A DNA stretch of 64,000 bases from Orbicella franksi (GCA_964199315.1 OZ116709.1:22382001-22446000); one strand, 5' to 3'. Counted from the stretch's first letter, positions 24,254 to 37,811 are shown. Notes: generated from the letters alone by a model not told the origin. Program-made: numbers and translations.

Positions 24254-27200
24254 ATGGCAAAAGGAAGAATTTGTTCTTCTTCCAGAGAATCCACGCCGTC
24301 TAAGATAGCTGTCAGACAAACCAGCCAAACTGAAAGGTAGGTTTTAGATTGTAATCATTTTTAGTGTTGAACATGTACGTGTGCTGATAATACAGACGTT
24401 CTAATAATTATGGGAATAATTTTATTCACTTCAGTTCAGTCAAGAATTCGAGTCACTTTAAGCTTATAAAAGTTCAAGTGCTTCGGTTGTGCAGCACCAG
24501 ATGACAGTTAAATGCCAGCTTAATTCTTCAGATAGACGTTCAGATGATTTTTGCATCAATTTTGCATTAACATTATGAAAATAAACGACTTCAATAACAT
24601 GTTAATTAAATTTAGCATGTACGCTCGTGCTCATGTTGTGATGGAGTTTATAGTTGCAAACCCGGAGCAAAAATCACATTTAGAATCTAAACAGCTGAAG
24701 AAATCTTGTTAATAATGAGTAACAAGGCCGTAAATTCAAAATGGAATGGGAAATTTGGTTTTAATTTTTGCCTCCCATTTACACCTTTCAAATGAAATTA
24801 GGTATAGGTTGCACTTGGGCAAAGTTCTCATCTTTGCTAACCAGAAAACCGCAGAAACTTTAAAACCGCAACTGGAAAGCAAAAACTCGCGTCAAACTGA
24901 GTAGGGTCGCACTAGGGTAGAAAAGTGTCAGTGATAACAACTGAAGTAGACCAGATATACGTTTATCCACATGTTGTTGGAAGACAGGAGCTTTTGAAAA
25001 CTCCCAACTGGAAAGCAAAAACTCGCGTCAAACTGAGTAGGGTCGCACTAGGGTAGAAAAGTGTCAGTGATAACAACTGAAGTAGACCAGATATACGTTT
25101 ATCCACATGTTGTCGGAAGACAGGAGCTTTTGAAAACTCCCAAGAAATACGCAACAAAAAAGGCATCCTGTTGCAGCATTGCTGATAACTATCACAGTTG
25201 ATACTTCTGCTTTTTATTCAGTTAAATCAACAGCATTTTTTTGTCTTTCGTATGATGGGCCACCGTTTAAAACGACAACAATCGCATTTTAGAGATCCAT
25301 TACTGACCATTATCACCAGAGAAAATACTTGCGTTAGGACTCTATCACCTGGGTTATGGAAACTCGTATGTAAGCATTGGGCCATCAAAAAAAGTGGGGA
25401 ACTGCAACAGATTGTAATGGTTGTAAAATCCACGTCTGTCCATGGTAAAAAGTAAGCGCGAACTGAAACAATATTGTGTGCGTTTTTAACTTTGTCACAA
25501 AATGTTCTGTTAAATTTTCATTCACTGAGAAGCGTTGACAGTTACCGCTGTGATTCCTATTGTTCAGCTAGAGTTTTCTAAAATCTGCCTGCTCCACCCA
25601 AGCACTACAGTGTCCTTGATGTTTTGGCCAATTTTCGATGTTTTTGCCAACTGGAAAAGTTGGGGTGGCACTTGGCAATGTCCCCTGATGACAGATTTTG
25701 GCCGCAAAGTAAACAAATTCTGGCAAAAATTTACCAAGTGCTACCCATGCTTTAGTAATGCTAATAGACAGATCAGGGGGGAAAGGGGTTGACCAGGTGA
25801 GCCCTGAAAAGTTTTCTTTGGTTGTTGTATCTGCCAAAGCATGACACCTTCACACCTTTGGCATTTATTTTTACAAATGAATCTCTTTGAATAAAAACCT
25901 GGATTTTATTTTTATTTATCTGCCCTTCCCCCACCCGTTGGATATGCCTGGATATCCAATGGGGTGGGGAAAAGCAGAGGCTGTGATATTTACTTTATTC
26001 TAGTGATGCTTCTCATATCTGTCAAAGAAGTGGCAATGAATGACGTCCATTTTGATAATTGATACAGTTGGAACCCACTAATTTGAACTCAGTTGTTGGA
26101 AATTCCCAGATATTTTAAACTCAAAACCATTTCCCTTAGATATGCCCCTCAATTTTATTATGGCCTTTTTTGAACTTCTGCTATTTCGAACTACATGTAT
26201 TTTTCATTTCTCTTTAGAGTTTGAAATAGTGTGGTTCAACTGTATATCCTTTGGGGTTTCACTGCTAACATTTTTCTACCAACAAGTCATGCACATATTT
26301 TCCAGAAGTTTGTCATGTGATATTTATTGAACCATTCTCCCTTTTTTTCTTGTCACAGACTGAATATTATGGCACAGAAGTTGAAGGTCTCATTAACCCC
26401 TTGTGATCTGATCAGTGATATTGACTGTGGTAACATTACTTCTGAAATAAAGGAGACATTTGAAAACCAGGTATGCTCTTCTCCTGAGAAAAGCATTGAT
26501 TGTCATAACATGCCAAATGGCAAGGAGACAAGTCTGAAAACAACTGATCAAGAGCACAATGGTGCCGTTGATGTAAGTGAAGGAAATACTCTTAAAAAGG
26601 ATCTGGGATCACCTAGTGGTTTTATGCCAGTCAGCTTTTATGGATCAAGAAGCCAAAATGCAACTCCTAGGATAAAGTTGTTTGTTCCAAAAGATCACAA
26701 GAAATTAAATGTGAAAAGTCAAGACTTGATGAGTGATAGTCCTTCTGGTATGAAAAGGAAGTCCAAGAAGCAAACTTGTTCAACAGCAGTGAAGAGAAAA
26801 CGTAAGACAGCTAGTATTGTCAAACAAAGCAAATCTGGTGGTAGAAAAGAGAAATCGAAGTCAAATACCCAAGAAAATGGGATTCGAGTTTATGAGAATG
26901 GAACATTGCATAACGTTGATAACAGTGGCAAAAGCAAAGATAAAACAGAACCCTGTGAAACAATGATAATTGAAGTAAAAGAGAGGGAAGGAAGCAACAG
27001 TGATGGAGCTGACTGGTCAGCTAAGTTACATTATGACTCTGACATAAATGGGGTTGATTCTGTTAGTGGCAAATCAAGTCCAACTTTGCAGAAATCTGCA
27101 GCAAGTGAGGTTGAATCTGTTTGTTCCGAATCAAGTCTTTGCAGTGGACCAGGGTCTGTGTTGGATGGTCTGTATTTAAGAAAAAGTGGCAATGAATACT

Positions 27201-30200
27201 TCTTTTCCAACTCTGTTGTCAGTACTTCATCAGAAGAACATCTTCAATCATGTAGTGATGACACTGGCAGTGAAAGAACAGCTACTACAGGTTTAACAAA
27301 TGGTGTATTGCCTGACCCATCCTATGCTGATCAAAATGGAAGTTTGACAGGGAAAATGTCTGCAAGTCATCACACTGATGACTGTCAGATGAGCTTGTTG
27401 CTTTCAATACCATCACCAGACACTAGTGAGAGTGATTTTACACTGAAACTTTCTGACCAAGAAGCAGAATCAAGCTCATCCAAAAGTTCTCCTGAACATC
27501 AAGCATCTATAATGAGATACTTTAAAAGTGTGTCGGGTCCTAAGTGTAAAACTGTCCTGATTGCAAATGGTGCATCCTCCTCATCCACACTTCCAGCAGA
27601 AAATTCTCCAGGGACCAAAAACAGGTTGGGTCATTTTCTATGTTTTTCTGTGTCTTACAAGGGTTTAAAGGCCCTCTGTTGACAAGGAAGATATGAAAGA
27701 CAGCTACTGTTATGTGAAAAATAGTCACCAACTTAACAGTAAAACCTGCTAACAAAACACCCTTAGGTACATGTATGACTTTCAGTTTGCATATTTCAAG
27801 ATAGTTTTTGCCCAAAAAAGTACAAGAAGGGGGTTTTATGCCACCTTGAATTTTCAGAACATGTGTACTAAAGGCATTTGTGGTCAAGATGTCAATCGAT
27901 ACCCTCGATCGACCCTCGAGTGACATCCCGATCGGCACTTGATTGACATCTTGATCAGTACTTGGTTGACACTCAATCGACATCTCAGTTGACAGTCAGT
28001 TGAGAGTCAACTAATTTTCGTAGACACACCACCCACACATATTAGTTGGTCAACACTCAGCCAACTATTGACTGACTGTTGATCAAGTGCCAATCAAGTG
28101 TCGATTGAGATGTCGATTGAGTGTCGGCCTAGTGTCAACCAAGTATCGATCAAGATGTCAATTGAGTACACCTCAATCAAGATGTTGATTGAATGTCTAT
28201 CAAGGGTATCGATCAACACTCTACCAAGACTGCCTCAAGTACACATGATCTGAATTGTCAATACTAAGGTAGCAACTTTGCTACATCTGCAATGAGCCAT
28301 ACGTTTAGTATTTTAGGCAGGAATGGGAATAGGTGCGAGAAAATTGTTACTTTTTTTGTGAATGTCTTTGGGATATGAGGTGATACATTTACTTATCAAG
28401 TTGCAAATGTATGTTTTCATGTCATGGCCTTATTTGTACAAATATATTTCAATGTGGTACATGTAGCTTTAGAGTTGTTTCACTGAAAAGAAGTCTCAGG
28501 ATCCTGCTTTACAAATTTATTTCATGAAAGAAAGTTTCACCGCTTTTGTCTACTTGGGCATCATCAGTCCATTTAACTGGATGTTATTGCATGACTAGTT
28601 AATATTTTTGTTCTCTGGTATTGATATATTGTGAGCAGAGCTGATATTTTAACCAGTGATGCTGCTGAGGCTGATTTTAATACCTCTTACACAGTTAATA
28701 TGTAACATTAAAAATGGTTGCTTGCCTACATATCATTCATAAGGTTTTTCAATTATTTATTGTTGTGTTCCTTTATTAGGATAACTCCTAAAAAGAAAAA
28801 GAAAGCAACAAAGCAGGAACAAATGTATTTGGTAAGTTGTTTTGAATGAATTAAATCACATAGCTAATTACCCATATAAGCTCGCACAATACGAGACTGT
28901 TAAAGGGATACTAGGTTGTTTAATTCTGGTCCTCATCTCATACCAAACAGGAAAGATCGTGTTTGACCATGTTTCCAAACACCAAGAAGAGAGTTGAAAA
29001 TATGACGTGTAGCGGAGTATTTTTGATGAACTTTGAGGTGTCAGATATCCGAACATTCCCACATCATGATTTTCTTTGTTTAAACTTAATGTGTTGGTGA
29101 AACATGGTTATTGGGTGTTCTTTTTGGAAATTTTTGAATGTATTTTATTGTATTTAATACTGCAAGTATCTACTTTTGTTGTTAGGATTTGGGTCAGAAA
29201 GACTTTGGCCACGTGACATGCCCCACCTGTGGCATGGTGTATACCAGAGCTCAGCCAGATGATGAAGCTGCTCACATCAGACACCACAAGAGCTTTGTCA
29301 GTGGCTTGAGGTTCACTGTAAGTTGTTTTCCCCATGCAAAGTTCAGCATAACCATTGAGCAGAAACAAAGTAACTGTTTCCCATGGGGATGATTACATGT
29401 TTAAAAAGTGTAAAAACATCTGTGTTAAAACCTGAGTTATAGCTGAGGGGATTTTTTGAGGTCTTAGCTGCTGTTTGTTCATATGAGGTATGAGGTATAA
29501 CAAGTGTGTCTATTGGAAATCAGGCTCACATGTTTGCTTGTTTTATAGTTCATACAGTACTTTACTTTTTGACTTTGTTGAAATAATTGCTCGTAAACGT
29601 TGCCCTAAGGTAAAGTTATATAATTTAGTGTTTTAAGACAGGTTACAGGACATGTCCTGGTCTAGATAAAAAACAGAGGTTTCATCAATGTTTTTCACAG
29701 TAGGGCAACTGTTTTTCACAGGCACACAAAACTTTTTGAACTAAACTCCCTTATAAGAAAAAAACATTCCTTTAGGTGGTCAAACCAGGCAGGCAAATTC
29801 TCTTCACAGCTGGTCAATTTGCCCGGTGCCTGGTCCTTAATGAAACCCTGTAAAAATAAAAAATAAAAAACGTTCTAGTTGTGGCTTAAGAACTTTGTCT
29901 GTTTTACCAGGGCTGGAAGAATGAGTGTGTTGTGAAGGAGTATCATGACGGCAGAGTGATCATGGTCAGCCCTGATAATCATCCTCTTCACCTTAAAAAG
30001 GTTTGATTTAACTAGCATTGATATGTTGTGTTCATGTATATGTGGAACAATATTTTGTCCCAACATTTGTTTTCTTTTTCTGCTTAAAAATGTATTATTA
30101 TTGACTACATGTTATTTCATGCAAATTGTTACACAGTTTTGGTATTGGTGGAACCTGTGTTCACTTGACAAATAGTGCAATTTATTAATTTTTTGTGGTC

Positions 30201-31109
30201 ATTTTAAGGTGGAAGAAGTTCGCAAAGTTGTTGACAGTGAGTTAGGCTTTGTTGCTGATGTACCTTATAGAAGGTCTGGAGCTAAGGTTGGTGTTGATTG
30301 GGTTCTTTTCATGCTCACAAGACTCAGTATGTGCACCTTATTTTTATGAGTCAGGTTGTATTTTACAAGCCCATAGCTGTGCAAAGTACACCTGAAGGGT
30401 AAAAACACTGTCATGTTAAAATTGAAATTGTCAGGCAAAGATTTTTATAATCTTAATGGAAAAAAGCACTCGTGTGGACCACAAAATTAATATGACAGGG
30501 TGAACATCAACCCTTGGTCTTTTTTGGACAGGTCTTCAGAGTTGAAACCTTGGACTGATGTTCTCTCAGTGGAACCCTGCACTTGGTTAATGATATATGC
30601 ATATCTTGTTTTCAGACGTTTCTTTTTATTACCACGAAAAAAGTTGTTGGTTGTTCCGTAGCAGTTCAAATTGACCAGGTATGTTGATTTCATTTTAGCT
30701 TGGAATTTCAGGCTAATATAATTTGACATTAAACTACAAATGGAGGAACATGACATCTTGTCTTTCCCTTGCATGTAAGTGTCATTACATCAAGACTTGG
30801 TGGTCCTGTGTTGTTAAATAAAGTCAACTGACTGGCTAACTGATGGACAAATGGACTGACTGACTGACTGACTGACTGACTGACTGATGGATGGACAGAC
30901 GGACGGACGGACGAACTGACTAACTAATGACTGAGGAATGAACTAACTGAGTAAATTATTTCTGATTTACTGACTGACAAACAGACAGACAAACAGACAG
31001 ACAGACTGACTGACTAAATTGATATCTGATGACTGATGAACTGATTCATCCATTGACTGAGTTGTTGGCTCACTAATTCACTGATTGATTGATTGACTGA
31101 CTGACTGAC

Positions 31110-31152
<43 letters not shown>

Positions 31153-32526
31153 GCTTTCGACAAGTAATTTGTCATATTGCTCTTAAAAGGTTGCAAGATG
31201 TTGTGGCTTGTTGATTGTAGAAACAATGCTCAATGTTTCCTTATTATATTTTATAATTTGTACCATGTGAAGGATGAAAAGCATTTTGCTATTTTATTCA
31301 CCTTCATTTGACATGCAGTTAGCCTGTGAAAAATTGCAGCAGATAATTTAGTCATTGACTTACTGTTACAAAATCTTCAGGGTTACCCTGTTTTGCCTTC
31401 ACCTGGAGAATCTTCAACCCCAGAAAAACAGATTGCCGCCTGGTGTTGCAGGTACAACACTCTTAACATCAATTAAAAACTTTACAGGGGGATAGCTATG
31501 TTGCTGTCTCTTAACGATTATTTGATGGCTTCCACATAAACTAGAAAATCAAATTGCAAGAACTGTGAAATGCAAAGTTGCCAACTGCAAGTACATGTAA
31601 GAGTTTCAGATTGAGTTAGCGTTTTACTTCCTCAATTCCATTGCTGCTGGCCTCAGCTTGTTATTCCTGCTATGCGGGCAGCATTTTGGAGTGTCCATTA
31701 GAATAGCTTTGGGATGTTGACATACGGTATGTAAACGAATGTTGAATTTCAAGAAAAGGGAAATGAGGCAGGGTGCTAAGACAAATAAAATAATGTTCTT
31801 TAAAATCAAACCGTCGTTCAATGATGGACCTGTAATGTTTCTTAAAATTATGTTTAAAATGATAACTCTCTTTTCGAGTGACATTTTGTAACGTGCAGTA
31901 ACGCTGGTTATTTATTTTTTTTCCCCCAAGTACTACCCCTCAGTCAGCTCAGTGTGGCATCAGCCGAATCTGGGTCCACAGTCAGTACAGGCGGAAGAAG
32001 GTTGCAACTCGATTGCTCGATTGTGTTAGGTGAGAAGTCAGGGATTATGCTTGAATTAGCCTGCGTAGCCGACGTCCCTTTCCGTTTTCCAGGCGGGAGG
32101 ATCGAGCAAGCGAGCGAGCAAACGAGCGCGCCTGGGGTGAACAAAAAATGGGGAGAAGTGGAGAGTAGGTGAGAAAAAAAAAAGGAGGAGAAGGGGAAGG
32201 GAGGTAGGAAGGAAAGGTTTTTGCCCCACCGCACTCGCTCGCAGTATTGTTCCCTTCGCTTGCTTTTGGAAATGAACGCCAGTTACGCAGGCTATGCTTG
32301 AATAGGCACTGATTGAACACAACATCAACACCCCGACTGGGTTTGAAGCTCGGTCTTTCCATCTGTGCTGAATGAAATATATCCTTTCATTTTTTTTTCC
32401 AGGATGAACTTCATTTACGGCTGTATTATTCCCAGAGAACTTGTCGCGTTTTCAGATCCCACACCAGACGGCAAGCGGCTTGCTAAAAGTTACGCCGGCA
32501 CCTCACAGTTCCTTGTGTTCAGATAG
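24254..32526 (+). CDS. ESCO2: ESCO1/2 (Eco1) cohesin N-acetyltransferase (10 exons: 24254-24336, 26359-27624, 28780-28831, 29186-29317, 29911-30000, 30209-30286, 30616-30678, 31381-31451, 31931-32029, 32403-32526; about 685 aa)
   Basis: QMYLDLGQKDFGHVTCPTCGMVY...HIRHH (Eco1 C2H2 finger), CGISRIWV..YRRKKVATRLLDCVR, VAFSDPTPDGKRLA. All splice phases are consistent. Paralog assignment (ESCO1 vs ESCO2) is not resolvable here. Confidence 0.92.
24869..25143. repeat. 136-bp tandem duplication in ESCO intron 1
   Basis: Two copies (starting 24869 and 25005) differing at one base. Confidence 0.9.
27880..28240. repeat. Degenerate interspersed repeat rich in TCGAT/GTCAAT/TTGAC motifs
   Basis: Short-period imperfect repeats, with the two halves roughly inverted. 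Confidence 0.55.
29676..29851. mobile_element. MITE ending TTAATGAAACCCTG; second copy at about 47720-47895
   Basis: Both copies share GGTCAAACCAGGCA...TTTGCCCGGTGCC.GG.CCTTAATGAAACC and a GGTTTCAT start. Confidence 0.6.
30829..31150. repeat. Compound tetranucleotide microsatellite (GACT/GACA/GATT)n
   Basis: Directly visible. Confidence 0.9.
32057..32294. mobile_element. MITE with 9-bp target duplication in the last ESCO intron
   Basis: Inverted ends TAGCCTGCGTA / TACGCAGGCTA; TGCTTGAAT at 32048-32056 and 32295-32303. Confidence 0.8.
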
Positions 32527-33901
32527 CTTTGCACTGGTTGCATTTCAAATGCCTGATTCGTGAAGCTTGTAAATCTCCCCGCGTGCACTTTGTACATTGT
32601 ATTACCGTGTAAACGGTTTTCACAGTCTTGGAGACAACTTTCGTTTTCGCTAAATCGTCGCAGGAGCACTGCCTAGCTTCGGAATCCTATTCTTTACTTG
32701 AAATCAAGTACAAACCTTCCGTTTCGTCGGAAAGTTAGCGCATTGACTTCCAAGCTACGGCCACGAGTTGATACAGCGATCAAACGACAAAAACCTCTAA
32801 GCTGCCTCTAGTTTTCGTACGTGAGAAGTCGGACAAAAACTATAGCGACGAAATAGAAAAGATCTTTGGGTTCAAAGTAAAAAATTTCAAATGCGAGACA
32901 AATGTACATTTGGCCGTGACAGTTTTGGCGGGAAATGCACGCGCGCGGTGCATTTGACAGCCTCGTTCCCAGGGTCCTCTCTCTTTTTCGAGAAAAAGAG
33001 AGGACCCTCGTAGGAACGAGGTTGTGTATTTGACCGTCGGGGCTCCGTCGGGTGAGTTTTGTCATGTTGTTCAGCGACGTCTCTGACGAACACTAGTAAT
33101 TTTTCGGATTTAAACATTGTTTACAGACTGCTCAGTAAATCAAACAAAAATGACTTTATTAAACAGTAAATATTTTTGGCCAGTTGTCCACTGCGGCGTA
33201 TTTTCCATTTCTGTGTATCGTTTCGTGGGCAAAGTATTTTTGTAACGCTTAAAGGAAGTAATAAAATATGTTTTCATTATGTGCGGGTTTTTACTTTGAC
33301 CTCTTTTCGTCTGAAAAATTCCTTATAGTAACTTTGTTCAAGTTATTTTGCGAGGGACTGTTTAAATTTTGTCCTTCAATCTAATGATCAAAGTTTCTAA
33401 GAGGGAATTAATACAGGTGAATTTTTAACGAAATTGAATGAATTTTTCAAAGTAATGAAATAGGAAAAAAGTTATACGATTTACAGCAAAAACCCGCTTG
33501 TGAGAACCTACATTTTTGAAGTCTGGTAAAATAGTTTCTTGTATTTTGGGGTAGTTCTTGTTAATTTAGGCTTAGTAGGTTCTTAATTGGTATAGGTAAT
33601 CTTGTGAATGCGAGTGCAATTAAGGATCTGCATCACTCGTAACATTTGAAAATTCTGTTAAAATTGCACGAGCCTTTAGGTGAGTGCAATTCAAATATCA
33701 CGAGTAGTGTAATATCCTTAATTGCTCGAGTTTTCATATGATTACTCATCATCGGACAGAATGCGTGGACATCATTTATTATTCATAATTCACGAAAGCG
33801 GCAAATGTGAATGCGAGAGCGCTCACAATTAGAGAAGAAAGGGCTCAAATTGGTCAAGTAGCGTTGATAAAAATTGCTTTACTGCTTTATAGTTAATTCT
33901 T

Positions 33902-34073
33902 AATTTATCGTTAATTCTTAATTTGCACTGAAGTGAAAATTAACGCGCGCCCGTTTGCAATTTTCTCAGTCATGTAATATATACGATATGTAACATATTA
34001 CATGACTGAGAAAATATCAAACGCGCGCGCGTTAATTTGCGCTTCAGTGCAAATTAAGAATTAACGATAAATT
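33902..34073. repeat. 172-bp near-perfect palindrome (79-bp arms, 14-nt loop)
   Basis: 33902-33980 is the reverse complement of 33995-34073 with a few mismatches. Confidence 0.85.
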
Positions 34074-34628
34074 GGCTTTCTCTCAGCCAATCACAATAAA
34101 GTAATTTTCTCAGTCATATAATAAAGTTCATAATTTCTATAAAGCATTAAAATGACAAATTTCTGCCAGCAGGCTTTTAAACCACTAGGTTCTCACACAC
34201 TGGTTTTTATTGTATCGTACCAATAAACCACGCGACTTAAAGATCGGTTGAAACGTTTGTAATCATTCGTGTTCGGTTCGTTGTTAGTATCAAGTCTCTT
34301 TCCAGTCCTTGTAACATTCCACGAGGGTTATTGATCTGTTAGATTACATAAGGTTTACGGCTAAAGAGAAGTACAAGATTTAACCTACTTCAGTTTTGTT
34401 TGAGAATCCTGTTTTATTCCAACATAGTTTACATCTGTCACCTTTTCATTTTTACTCCTTACTGTTAATGTAAAATTTGCAAAACCGGAATTGACATTAT
34501 ACCTTTGTTATGTTAGGTGACGCGTACATTTTTCTGCAAATCGGGTTCTAAGTTATTCTGTGATTACACCTCTTGTGCAATACGGTTTTTTCTATCAAAT
34601 GGAATCGGTCTTCCCTCGCAAATTTAAT

Positions 34629-37600
34629 TTAAAGAATAACACAGTACCGGCAAGGAAAACACGTGACACGAGCACCTTCTTTCGCCTCGTGCAAGCCCTC
34701 CTCTGTTGTGTACCTGATGTGAGGTTTTTCTGGGTCTAATAACGGAAGATGATCCTGAAAATCGCTGTCCACAGTTTCTCTTTCTAAAATAAATAAAAGT
34801 AACATGGTTGAGTTCGGACCTCTGCTTAATCTGTTCTGTATACATCATAGAAAACGCATAACCAAGTGAGGAGCCAAGAAAGTGAAAATGAAGGAGGGAT
34901 GCATTTTTTCAACTGAGCCATAGAGAATAGTCAGCATGCTAATCATATATTGTTCCCAGATCTCTTGTTGCCGAGGCTAGAGGCCTTAAAGGAGCTACGT
35001 TTTGCGCATCTTGAAAAGTTTAGCCTAAAGTTTTTCAAGTTCGTCGCTTGTAATCCGTGTCAATGTTCTCCATTCTTAACCACCCTTTTCCCTTTATGGT
35101 TTATTATTATTTCTTTGTTTTTTTTTTTGTGCGTGTGTGTTTTTTTTTTCTAACCCTAGTGAACTATTATTCTCAGCTTTCCTTCAATTTAAAGGTAATT
35201 TTGTACATAGCCAAAAGCCCAAAATACCGTGACTGAGCTCCTTCAAGAGGTCTGGCAAAGAAATTAATATGCAGCATCTTGTAATAAGGAGAATTTGAAT
35301 GTTGCTATCTGATCAGAGAGTGAATTGACCTACAGTTTCTCACTACCTTCCACGACGTCGTCCCATATCCAGTAGTTCTTCACATCAAGCCGGCCCGAGG
35401 GACTGCCCGCCAAATCCCTTCTCTGTACAGAGACAACTCCCGTGTCTGGCACCGTGAGATAGTCACTGGTATCTCCCGTAGCGTCTGACATCTGTGCATC
35501 AACTGCATTACACTCTGCTCCTTCGGGCGACAGCCTCCTGATAGGCTTCTTTGCCGCGTTGTCACAACTGCCAGCTGCTGAATTCTCAGTTCCTTTCGTG
35601 GTGGGAAGTGTCGGCCCCTTGCTGATGGTACTGTTTGCGTTGACAGCTTCCGGGTTTTGGAGATCGACATAAATCTCAGACTGATTGGCTTTGGAGGGTT
35701 CAACACTAAGGTTGGTTTCTTTTGATGACAGTGAATCTGAAACTAAATGCATTTCATCCATGGGGTTAGATCAGGAATCATAATCAAGGATGACTTTTTG
35801 CTCAACAACAATATGACTTGCTCTTGACTTTTGATGTAATTAACAGTGAAGAAAGCCGTCTAAGGAACCGACAATTATTTTTTGAGGAGCGCCGGGGGGG
35901 GGGGGAGATGGGCAATTTTCTGAGGCGTGATTTTTTTTCCACCTTGAGGTTGTGTACGATTTTTTTTCAGCAGTTTTTGCGGTGCCGGACTTTTTTGGGG
36001 GGAAATTGCCCAACCCCCTCCCCATCCATCAACAAAATAATGGTCCGTCCATAAAGTGTCGCTATTTCTCTCGGCAGTATCCTAAACACTATAAGCAGAA
36101 TGCAATACTGTAAAACTCCGTTAACAAAAACTACCCTAGACTCATCATAAGTCGACTCCTCCTCAGTGCTGCTGATTAGCATGGGTGATGTAGTCGCGAC
36201 GAACCTTAAGAAAGTCTAGCCCCATCCTAAAATAATCCCCTCCTCTCTCACTAAGCCCCCTCACCACAATTATTGAATCTTCAAATCTCACTTGTTCACA
36301 TTTAACGTCATTAAAATTACGAGACAGATGTGTATTTGACATTTTCTCGGGGCTTGGTTTGTGGTTTCGTATTGTCAAAAATCATTGGACCAAAAAATAA
36401 GCCTTTAGCTTTCGCTATGTTTTTCTCTTTTTTTTTGTTCATCAATGAATTTGTTGTTTTACATTGCCAGTTATAAAAGATTCTGTTCAAACGCAAGTAA
36501 ACAAAAGCTTCTAAAGGTTAATTTTTTTCAAACTCGAACCCAGTACTCTAATGAATTAAGGTTGGAAAGGTGAACATACTATTTGAAAGGCATTCCGCAG
36601 CTTCCCCCATGTTCCATTTACAAAGGATTCTGGGTGAGTCACCGACATCCGGGTCCACGACGGTCCTCGTACGCCAAACATTAGGCGAATCAGCATCGAA
36701 GCTTTCATCTTCCCAATCTGAAACAGCAGTTCCGTTTTGCTCAGTAGGCACTTTTTCATCGTCTCTCAAACCTGCTACATTCTCGTTTGACCCACTCACG
36801 CCGTACGTGAAGGAATGGAAACAATATACGGGACTTCTCGGACTGCTGTTGTCTGGAGTTCCTGGGCTTACACTTATAGTAGTGATCGTGCCTGACGGAG
36901 TCTCAAATTCATGACCTGCCAAAAAAAAGTATATATATGTATATTATGGGTCAGAAGTCAGGTAGATCAATTCTTTTTGTTTTTGTCGCCGAGGCTTATA
37001 CTGAATCGTCGGAGGTGTTCAGATTTTTTCGACACCTCTTATTGGTTAGTCGCTTAGTCTTCGTACACACTGGCTGAAACGTCTGTTGCAGACACACTAT
37101 TTGACACTTGGGTCCGTCCATACTGTTACCTGTCCACTTCAAGTGGCACATAGGGCCTTAACAACCGTATGGTACGTCCACGCTACGCCGGAGGTATTTG
37201 AAAACGCAGCTCGTTCTCTGCAGTCCACACTAATCCGTCACGAAAACGGAGCTTTTCAAAAACGCTCTTCAAACCAGAGGAATTTGAAATCGCCGCCTTT
37301 GCGCTTCAGTGTCGTCGGAAAACATTTTGAAAACGAGGCTTTTCGAAAACGATGACGTCACGATAATCATGTGATTTCCCTGACCGAGTTTTCCTCAAAC
37401 ACAAATCCAAAATGACCGGTGATTGTTGCGTTTTTAAATTTCTCCTGCCTAGTGTGGACGGAAAACATTTGATGCGTTTTCAGAGTGAAACCTCCGTTTT
37501 TAAATTCCACCGGCGAAGTGTGATGGAGTGTTAAAAGAGCTTTCAGCCTTGTTTAACTTGATCTTCTTGTTACCTTGCTTGGAAGAGTTCTTTGTAGTCA

Positions 37601-37811
37601 AACATCATGGGAATTAATTATTAATACCTCTTATTATCCCACTCGTCTTCTTCGCAGTTTCAAAAATTTCATTCGCGTTTTCATCTAGGTCTCGAACATC
37701 TTGTTTATCCTCGCCAGTTTTAAGAAATTCGCCGTTTGCCGGCGGTTCAGCAGCTCCAGATAAACACTCAAACGAAGGCGAAGCCAGAGGAGAAACGTAT
37801 ATATTCGTCAT
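34629..37811 (-). CDS. Uncharacterised acidic/disordered protein with C-terminal CaaX box (4 exons: 37811-37628, 36915-36580, 35736-35347, 34783-34629; about 354 aa)
   Basis: ATG in good context (gccacaATG). Three phase-1 GT-AG junctions join the ORFs in frame (1065 nt). The last exon translates ERETVDSDFQDHLPLLDPEKPHIRYTTEEGLHEAKEGARVTCFPCRYCVIL*. The exon 3 acceptor could be 35742 instead. Confidence 0.65.
34990..35242. mobile_element. Kolobok-like non-autonomous element (other copies 50603-50842 and about 60213-60452)
   Basis: TTAA|AGGAGC...GCTCCT|TCAA termini; shared CATCTTGAAAAGTTTAGC and CCGTGACTGA motifs in all three copies. Confidence 0.7.

Noticed and set aside
36060-36510. Alternative terminal exon or extra ORFs for the CaaX gene
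   Set aside because: An acceptor at 36511 gives an open frame to about 36316, but it crosses a poly-A run and its composition is unlike the other exons; cannot be excluded as an isoform.
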